Below, in pieces: positions 34,959 through 41,294 of a DNA stretch of 41,294 bases; within the stretch, counting starts at the first letter, position 1; every line of letters begins with the position of its first letter. The notes beneath the pieces are model-generated. The model was not told where the DNA came from. It saw only the letters and a program-made list of their open reading frames with translations, and made no database searches. Origin of the DNA: a virus; the UHGV virus genome UHGV-0110231, one strand, 5' to 3'. A program made the translations under genes and the position numbers.

Positions 34959-36761
34959 TTAATTTATTTTTGATAAAAGATACTTACCTACTATTTTAGA
35001 ACCATCACTAGAAAGATGCCCACCATCAAAATAAACCGGTTTATCATTATGAATAACCATGCACTTCCCATTCTTGCACAGCTCGTCTTTAGGATTTATT
35101 ATCTTATAAGAGGCAAGCCCATCCCCTGAGTTCTCTATAAATAAATCATCAAGTTTTGTGCTCTTTATATCTACTAAATTTTTGCAGCCATCAAGTATGT
35201 GTCTAACTGGAAGTCTATTTCCATTCATGCAAGAAACAACGTCATAGTTTGGATGTTGGTAATTTCCTATTACATACATTCTTTTATCTTTATTAATAAG
35301 TTGTCGCCACTTGTTTATTTGTGAGAGTATAACATTATTATATGATGACTTACTTACATAATCTCCATGACGACTTATTAATTTATCATTATATCTCTCC
35401 CAGTTATGAGCAAGTATTATAGTGTTTGATTTCGATTTATTTATCTCATTGATTGCTTTTTCATACATCGAATAGCATCCTGATTCTTCTTTAGCATAAT
35501 AATCAGGAAGAATTGGGCATGACACTAACGAAATAAATGTTGCATTTATACCTTCACTGTCAATAAAGTCAATGAATTGCTGTGAGTAGCTATCACCAAC
35601 AAAAATAATGCCATCCTGTTTGCTTGATTCATTCAAATGCAAAATCTTTCCATTTGCCTTACCAAATAGTCTGTGTCCTCCATATGACGTATCCACCTTG
35701 CTACTTATCCTTGATGGAGCACCGGCGTAAAATATTGATGATGATATTAACATCATAAATATATATGAAAACAAAATAATATTTATATTTTTAACTTTAG
35801 ATTCAACTAAATGATGAAGTATTAATGATAAAGTGAAAACAATAAACAAATAAAAAAATAACCCAACCTCAATATTTAACTTTCTGAAAAACACTATGAC
35901 AGGCCAATGCACAAGATAAATCGAATAAGAAATTATTCCTATGTACTGTATTACTCTGTTTCTAAAGAATGAATTTTCGTTCATTCCTGAATGTATTACA
36001 AGCATAGCTCCGACAACAGGCACTATTGCATTTACGCCAGGCCACGCCATCGTGTCATTATAAATAATGAATGATAACAGTATCAATACAACACCAAATA
36101 TCTCTCCAATCCTATTTAATTTTAATTTTTTATTAATCACATAAACTATTGCCCCGCCCATCATTTGCCAGGATCTTCCGGGGAGAGAATAGTATGCAAA
36201 TTTACTATGATTGAATGCTTGATATATAGAAAGCGCAAGCGATAAAACGAATATTGAGTAAATAAGAACAACTCTATTGCTTCTATTTTTTACGAGATAT
36301 AAAAAAATTGGGAATAGTATATAGAATTGCCATTCAACAGAAAGTGACCACGTATGAAGTAGTATTTTGCTTTTTGAGTCCGAATCAAAATACCCACTCT
36401 CAAATGCATACACATAATTTGATATGAATGACATGCTTGATAGCATATGCTTTCCAAGCATTTTGTATGATGTTACATCAAGTGATACAAAACCTATTAT
36501 TGAAGTAAACAAAACAACTGCAATAAGTGCTGGTATAATTCTTTTTACTCTTGATGTGTAAAATTTTTTAAATGAAAAGTTACCATTATCCATCCCATTC
36601 ATTATGATGGAGGTCATAAGATAACCTGATATCACGAAGAAAATATCTACGCCAGCAAATCCACCCGGTAACCACTGCGGATTAAAATGAAAAATCACAA
36701 CAGACATGACTGCTATAGCTCTCAGTCCGTCAATATCCTTTCTGCGTTGAATGGAAGGCAT
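34959..36761 (-). CDS. Membrane acyltransferase-3 (OafA-like) with C-terminal SGNH domain; putative O-antigen acetyltransferase
   Basis: 600 aa; N-terminal acyltransferase-3 motifs (DGLRAIAVMSVVIFHF), multiple TM helices, soluble C-terminal domain; strongly AT-rich compared with the rest of the prophage. Confidence 0.75.
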   Translation of the reverse strand: MPSIQRRKDIDGLRAIAVMSVVIFHFNPQWLPGGFAGVDIFFVISGYLMTSIIMNGMDNGNFSFKKFYTSRVKRIIPALIAVVLFTSIIGFVSLDVTSYKMLGKHMLSSMSFISNYVYAFESGYFDSDSKSKILLHTWSLSVEWQFYILFPIFLYLVKNRSNRVVLIYSIFVLSLALSIYQAFNHSKFAYYSLPGRSWQMMGGAIVYVINKKLKLNRIGEIFGVVLILLSFIIYNDTMAWPGVNAIVPVVGAMLVIHSGMNENSFFRNRVIQYIGIISYSIYLVHWPVIVFFRKLNIEVGLFFYLFIVFTLSLILHHLVESKVKNINIILFSYIFMMLISSSIFYAGAPSRISSKVDTSYGGHRLFGKANGKILHLNESSKQDGIIFVGDSYSQQFIDFIDSEGINATFISLVSCPILPDYYAKEESGCYSMYEKAINEINKSKSNTIILAHNWERYNDKLISRHGDYVSKSSYNNVILSQINKWRQLINKDKRMYVIGNYQHPNYDVVSCMNGNRLPVRHILDGCKNLVDIKSTKLDDLFIENSGDGLASYKIINPKDELCKNGKCMVIHNDKPVYFDGGHLSSDGSKIVGKYLLSKIN

Positions 36762-36801
36762 TCTTACCTCTAAACATTGATTATTATTTTATAAGATAAT
36801 A

Positions 36802-36816
36802 TCACCCAGAAGGTAA
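36802..36816. promoter_or_regulatory. Operator-like palindrome between the acyltransferase and the lysis cassette
   Basis: TCACCCAGAAGGTAA. Confidence 0.45.
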
Positions 36817-36921
36817 TTTTGGTAAGAACAATTTTGGGTATGTTTAACCACATATGGTTTATTGTGTATGATGAACTCACCAACTAAGGGGGTTCTTTAT
36901 GCGTATTAAACGGTGGTCACT

Positions 36922-37326
36922 ATGTCTGCATCGCTAACCGCTGACACAATAAATCAGGGGCTTAGCTACGGAGCGTTGGCGGCAGTGGTCGCTGGGGTTC
37001 CTCCAGAGGTGGCGTTAGGTTCGCTGGCAGGCGCGGTAATTTTCGTTACCTCTGCCGTCGAGTATCCAGTTAAGCGCCGCGTCCTGCTTTCTCTTCTCAG
37101 CTTTCTCTGTGGCTTGCTCTTCTATAAACCTACTGCCTCTATCCTGATCGGTGTTGCCAGCTTGATCCCAACAATCACGCAGGAATCGTTCGAGAGAGGC
37201 GTGGTATTTTCTGCTGGTGCATTCGTGTCGGCAATCGTCGCGGTACGTGTTGGCATCTGGCTTTATCACCGTTCCGATAATCCACGCGAATTAATTCCGG
37301 GGAGAAAAGACGATGACAACTCATGA
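36922..37326 (+). CDS. Holin-like membrane protein
   Basis: Several TM segments and a charged C-terminal tail; alternative GTG start at 36913. Confidence 0.5.
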   Translation: MSASLTADTINQGLSYGALAAVVAGVPPEVALGSLAGAVIFVTSAVEYPVKRRVLLSLLSFLCGLLFYKPTASILIGVASLIPTITQESFERGVVFSAGAFVSAIVAVRVGIWLYHRSDNPRELIPGRKDDDNS

Positions 37327-37621
37327 GCTGCTTTTACTGATTGCCAATGCGGTTATCTGTTCTGCGATAGCAATCCGCGTCGGAACCTTCCGGCGTAATG
37401 GCTCACAACACCGCCGGTGGGGTGGGTGGATAGCCTACTTCCTTATCGTGGCATCCGCCAGCATCCCCGTCCGCGCCGCATATGCAATCTGGTATCACAC
37501 ACCAATGGCCGCTGATTTATCAGAGGTCATCATCAATGCTGTCATGCTTGCCGCCGTTCTGAAGACGCGCGGTAACGTCGTGCAGATATTCAAAATATCG
37601 AGGTCTCAACATGGACATTAA
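37313..37621 (+). CDS. Holin / antiholin-like membrane protein
   Basis: 102 aa with about 3 TM helices; immediately precedes the endolysin gene. Confidence 0.55.
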   Translation: MTTHELLLLIANAVICSAIAIRVGTFRRNGSQHRRWGGWIAYFLIVASASIPVRAAYAIWYHTPMAADLSEVIINAVMLAAVLKTRGNVVQIFKISRSQHGH

Positions 37622-38240
37622 CCAGTTCCGGCGCGCAGCCGGTATCACTGAGCAACTGGCCGCACGCTGGTATCCACACATCACTGCAGCAATGAATGAA
37701 TTTGGCATTACCAAGCCAGAAGACCAGGCGATGTTTATTGCGCAGGTCGGGCATGAGTCCGGAGGTTTTACCCGGTTGCAGGAAAACTTCAACTACAGCG
37801 TGAGTGGGTTGTCAGGTTTCATCCGCGCCGGGCGTCTCACTCTGGGCCAGGCCAATGCTTTGGGCCGCCGTGCTGGTGAACCATCGTTACCGCTGGAGCG
37901 CCAGCGCGCAATCGCAAATCTGGTGTACAGCAAACGCATGGGTAACAATGCTCCAGGCGATGGCTGGAATTACCGTGGGCGCGGGCTTATCCAGATTACC
38001 GGTTTGAATAACTATCGTGACTGCGGAAACGGTCTGAAAGTTGACCTGCTGGAGAATCCTGAACTGCTGGCGCAGGACGTATACGCGGCTCGTAGCGCGG
38101 CGTGGTTCTTCTCCAGCAAAGGCTGCATGAAGTATACCGGAGATATTGCACGTGTAACTCTGATTATCAATGGTGGCCGGAACGGCATTGATGACCGGCG
38201 CGCGCGATACATCACTGCCAGTAAGGTGCTGACGGTATGA
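37611..38240 (+). CDS. Endolysin, glycoside hydrolase family 19 (chitinase-like)
   Basis: 209 aa; motifs [12 protein letters not shown] and ENFNYS are characteristic of GH19 lysins. Confidence 0.75.
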   Translation: MDINQFRRAAGITEQLAARWYPHITAAMNEFGITKPEDQAMFIAQVGHESGGFTRLQENFNYSVSGLSGFIRAGRLTLGQANALGRRAGEPSLPLERQRAIANLVYSKRMGNNAPGDGWNYRGRGLIQITGLNNYRDCGNGLKVDLLENPELLAQDVYAARSAAWFFSSKGCMKYTGDIARVTLIINGGRNGIDDRRARYITASKVLTV

Positions 38241-38719
38241 TCCTGACATTCGTAAGAGCATATTGGAAACAGCTGCTTATCGTGTTGATGCTTGCTGCTC
38301 TGTTCATCGTCGGAGTGGTTGCCTGGAATATACACGGCAGCCGCCAGTACGATGCCGGGTATGCGCAGGCGGAAGAAGACCGCAAAGCCGAAGATGAGAA
38401 TGTTCGTCAGCACTATGAACAGGAGAAAGCGATCAATGAACGCAAAGCGCAGCAGAGGATCGACCAGGCGCGCAATAATGCTCTTGATGCTGCCGCTCGC
38501 GCTGGCCGGTTGCAGCAACAGCTCGTTGCCATCCGTGAGCAGCTCAGGCAGTATAACGCCATTGTCGGCGCTGGGACGTCAGCCACAGAAACCGGAGTTT
38601 TGCTTGCCGACGTGCTCAGCAAATCTCTCGAGAGAAACAGACAACTGGCAGAGTATGCTGACCGGGCAGCCGAAGCCGGAAGAGTCTGCGAAAAACAGTA
38701 TGACACCCTGACCAGATAG
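38237..38719 (+). CDS. Rz-like i-spanin
   Basis: 160 aa; N-terminal TM helix then coiled-coil periplasmic domain; ATGA overlap with the endolysin stop. Confidence 0.7.
   Translation: MILTFVRAYWKQLLIVLMLAALFIVGVVAWNIHGSRQYDAGYAQAEEDRKAEDENVRQHYEQEKAINERKAQQRIDQARNNALDAAARAGRLQQQLVAIREQLRQYNAIVGAGTSATETGVLLADVLSKSLERNRQLAEYADRAAEAGRVCEKQYDTLTR
38478..38711 (+). CDS. Rz1-like o-spanin lipoprotein, embedded in the +1 frame of Rz
   Basis: [16 protein letters not shown] has a lipobox (LAGC); Pro/Ser-rich mature part. Confidence 0.6.
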   Translation: MLLMLPLALAGCSNSSLPSVSSSGSITPLSALGRQPQKPEFCLPTCSANLSRETDNWQSMLTGQPKPEESAKNSMTP

Positions 38720-38829
38720 CATGGTATTTTTCATGGTACTGATTTCCGGTGACGGTATATAAAACGGTACGAGGAAAATTGAGCTTTGGAAAAATGTGAT
38801 CACTCAATTGGTTATGGTGCCCGTAAATA

Positions 38830-38846
38830 ATTGAGTGGGAATGATT
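38830..38846. repeat. attR core (ATTGAGTGGGAATGATT)
   Basis: Exact repeat of 39..55. Confidence 0.75.
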
Positions 38847-38872
38847 TGACCCTGCACTATGAATGAACAAAA

Positions 38873-38898
38873 CCCTCTGTTACTACAGAGGGTTTTTT
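38873..38898 (+). terminator. Native host terminator of guaA, displaced by the insertion
   Basis: CCCTCTG-ttacta-CAGAGGG followed by TTTTTT. Confidence 0.6.
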
Positions 38899-38936
38899 AT
38901 CCTAAAGAATTATAGGTTTGAAGTTACTAACATCGT

Positions 38937-39476
38937 TTAGTTAAACCAGCTATCTGATTTATTCTCTTCTGCTTTGCCCACGCTTTTCATCAGATCGCGA
39001 CCGCCTTCAGTCATATTTCTGTTGGCGTCAGCTTCAGATTGCACCACATCGGTTTGCGCAGCTTTGTGCTTCAGTTCCTGATCGATAAATTCGTTTTCGC
39101 GCTTGACGCGGGCTTCTTCTTTCGCCAGCGCCAGTTTTTGTTTCTGAATCTCTAAGCTGCGTAGCTCATCTTCATAACTTTGATCGCGTTTTTTGTCCGC
39201 AGTGGCTTCGGCGTCCAGTTTATCCTGACGAGCTTTCTTATTCGCTGCTGCCGTTGCCGCTCTTTTATTAGCCGCGGCCTGGGCGTTTGCGCGACGTTGC
39301 TTCTCTTGCTGGATTTCCCTGTTGCGCTCCGCGACCCATTCGTCATGCTGCCTTTGCTCTTCATTTTTACCTTGCTGTTCCGCTTCTGCGACAGCCGAGA
39401 GTTGATCCTGCAATGATGAGGCGATAGCCGGATAGCTTAAGGAGGCTAAGATGGCGCAAAGAACAACTTTCTTCAT
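38937..39476 (-). CDS. yfgI: Periplasmic coiled-coil protein YfgI-like (signal peptide; Lys/Glu/Ala-rich)
   Basis: 179 aa; signal peptide; gene order guaA/yfgI/yfgH/yfgG/yfgF matches enterobacterial chromosomes (from memory). Confidence 0.55.
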   Translation of the reverse strand: MKKVVLCAILASLSYPAIASSLQDQLSAVAEAEQQGKNEEQRQHDEWVAERNREIQQEKQRRANAQAAANKRAATAAANKKARQDKLDAEATADKKRDQSYEDELRSLEIQKQKLALAKEEARVKRENEFIDQELKHKAAQTDVVQSEADANRNMTEGGRDLMKSVGKAEENKSDSWFN

Positions 39477-39491
39477 GACTCCTCCTGATTA

Positions 39492-40010
39492 TTAGCTCTT
39501 TTCAGGACATTTGGTATTTGGCTGAATACGCGTTTCGTTATACGTCGTGGTAATAACAACGGCTAAACCTGTCGTAAACTGGCACTCTTTACCCACCTGG
39601 GTGGAGGTATACACTTTGGTGCCTTCCTTATATGTTAAAGAAACACCTTCCACTAAGGTTTTATCATTCACCATAGAACCCGCTGCTGCGCCAACAGCTC
39701 CGCCGCCAACTGCACCTGCTGTCGTTCCGGAATTGCTGCCAGACCCGACGTTGTGGCCGATAACACCGCCAGCGACAGCGCCAATAAGCGCGCCGAAGGC
39801 TTGTGCGTTCCGTTTATTTTGGGCGTTGTCTACGGCAACTTTTGCGGGAAGAATGGAAATAATATTAACGGTTTTAGTTTCTTGTTTGGTATTCAGTTGA
39901 TCGGTTTGATAAACATCGGCGGCATGATCGTCAGCATTTGACTGGCATCCTGCCAGAGTGAATGACGCTAACATTGCCACAGGCAGAAGACATTTTTTAA
40001 ATTTCATCAC
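39492..40010 (-). CDS. yfgH: Outer-membrane lipoprotein with Gly-zipper domain, YfgH-like
   Basis: 172 aa; lipobox LAGC; glycine-zipper stretch GALIGAVAGGVIG. Confidence 0.55.
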   Translation of the reverse strand: MMKFKKCLLPVAMLASFTLAGCQSNADDHAADVYQTDQLNTKQETKTVNIISILPAKVAVDNAQNKRNAQAFGALIGAVAGGVIGHNVGSGSNSGTTAGAVGGGAVGAAAGSMVNDKTLVEGVSLTYKEGTKVYTSTQVGKECQFTTGLAVVITTTYNETRIQPNTKCPEKS

Positions 40011-40320
40011 TATTCCTTGTTATACACATTACGAAAAATAAGACATTTAAGATCATCAAAAGAGGAAAGTAAATGTATTGCGTATAAAGGAATAGATTAA
40101 ATTTATTAAAATTCATGTGGGAAATAATTTATAAAAATACATCATCACAACATATGTATTAATGATGTATTTATTTCGCAGCCGAACAGGATGAACTTCA
40201 GTCAGAACAAAGACGTAAAATTTAAGATGAAAGAATATCTGCCGCTTTGATAATCTCAAAGAACAAAAGCATCCGACAGCGAGGTGCCGTTATGTTCTGT
40301 GAGAGTGGAGAAGGTAACCG

Positions 40321-40512
40321 CTAACGTTGTACCGGTGATTCGACGGAGAGTGTGGATTGCTGAGCTTCTTTTTTGCTCTGATGGTGCTGCCAGGCACCGA
40401 CGGACGAGTAGATAAAACGGCCAAAGAAGAAGATAAAGCTGATGAGCAGTACGATACGGGTCATGCGACTGTTAAATCGGTGTCGTTTTCGCATACTGGT
40501 TGCCTGACTCAC
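40321..40512 (-). CDS. yfgG: Small membrane protein YfgG-like
   Basis: 63 aa; single TM helix; position. Confidence 0.5.
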   Translation of the reverse strand: MSQATSMRKRHRFNSRMTRIVLLISFIFFFGRFIYSSVGAWQHHQSKKEAQQSTLSVESPVQR

Positions 40513-40863
40513 AAAAGGTTCCTTGAAGTATGTCCCACGCTGTGGACGGTACTTACATTAAGGCACAACAGGACAAAATGGTCAATTCTTCGTTATGTAA
40601 AAAAGCGTCAGTTGATACATATTTTAATGTTATGGAAGTTAATTTAATTATTTACAATGATGATGTAATAATGATGAGTTAACATGATAAACGTAATAAT
40701 TCATTAATCAGGGTTATTTTGTTTGATATATATCAATTGGAACTTTCATATGACACTTAGAATCATTGCTCTCTATAGTGATGAATAATCATCATTCGAA
40801 GTCAGGTGGGATGCCTGTCTGAATACACCTCCTTCAGGATGTGGGGGATTCTGCTGAGCATCT

Positions 40864-41294
40864 ATGAAACTGAATGCAACTTATATAAAAATACGTGATA
40901 AATGGTGGGGGCTTCCGCTGTTCCTGCCTTCTTTAATCTTGCCCATTTTCGCCCACATTAATACTTTCGCGCATATTTCTTCCGGTGAAGTTTTTCTCTT
41001 TTATCTGCCACTGGCACTGATGATCAGCATGATGATGTTTTTCAGCTGGGCGGCATTGCCAGGGATCGCCTTAGGGATTTTTGTCCACAAATATGCAGAG
41101 CTGGGTTTTTACGAAACGCTCTCATTAACGGCTAATTTTATTATCATTATCATTCTCTGTTGGGGCGGTTACAGGGTCTTTACTCCCCGGCGTAACAACG
41201 TTTCACATGGTGATACCCGTTTAATTTCCCAGCGTATATTCTGGCAGATTGTGTTTCCTGCAACGCTGTTTCTGATACTTTTCCAGTTTGCTGC
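40864..41294 (+). CDS. pdeF: Membrane sensor domain, N-terminal part of a c-di-GMP phosphodiesterase YfgF/PdeF-like (partial, runs off the window)
   Basis: Open frame from the ATG at 40864 to the window end; polytopic membrane N-terminus; gene order. Confidence 0.5.
   Translation, partial: MKLNATYIKIRDKWWGLPLFLPSLILPIFAHINTFAHISSGEVFLFYLPLALMISMMMFFSWAALPGIALGIFVHKYAELGFYETLSLTANFIIIIILCWGGYRVFTPRRNNVSHGDTRLISQRIFWQIVFPATLFLILFQFA

Larger units (their letters stand above)
39..38846. mobile_element. Integrated temperate prophage, podovirus-like with T7-like portal and tail tubular proteins, ~38.8 kb
   Basis: Bounded by identical 17-bp direct repeats; integrase next to the left repeat, lysis cassette next to the right; full set of phage modules in between. 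Confidence 0.85.

Noticed and set aside
1-41294. CRISPR arrays, IS elements or transposases, toxin-antitoxin pairs
   Set aside because: No spacer-repeat arrays, no transposase-like ORFs with terminal inverted repeats, and no convincing small toxin/antitoxin gene pairs were seen; the only mobile element supported is the prophage itself

Overview
The window holds one apparently complete ~38.8-kb temperate prophage (about 39..38846) inserted at the 3' end of a guaA-like gene, followed by enterobacterial host genes that look like yfgI, yfgH, yfgG and the start of yfgF/pdeF. The prophage is bounded by a perfect 17-bp direct repeat (ATTGAGTGGGAATGATT). It is a mosaic: a P4-type integrase, a lambdoid-style immunity and replication region, and a podovirus (T7-like) structural module with no tape-measure or sheath genes. 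Left to right: int; a leftward early operon (excisionase, RecT-like annealase, exonuclease, MT-A70 methyltransferase); a repressor/cro-like switch; O/P-like replication genes with iterons; a block of accessory genes; terminase small and large subunits; an antisense insert carrying a gp49-like gene and tRNA-Arg(UCU); portal, scaffold, capsid, tail tubular proteins A/B and three large internal virion proteins; small membrane proteins; a LexA-box-controlled small gene; tailspike; a convergent O-antigen-type acyltransferase; and a holin/GH19 endolysin/Rz/Rz1 lysis cassette. The most interesting features are regulatory. (1) The repressor appears to have two HTH domains and no recognisable S24 autopeptidase domain. 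(2) A TTACC-N5-GGTAA palindrome recurs at about 12 intergenic sites, covering the int, early, late, tailspike and lysis control regions. (3) A near-consensus LexA box sits in the promoter of a small orphan gene beside the tailspike, which suggests SOS induction through an antirepressor-like effector rather than repressor cleavage. (4) A perfect 12-bp palindrome, GTGACATGTCAC, occurs three times at module boundaries. All calls are from reading the sequence and ORF translations by eye; no database search was run and family names are from memory.
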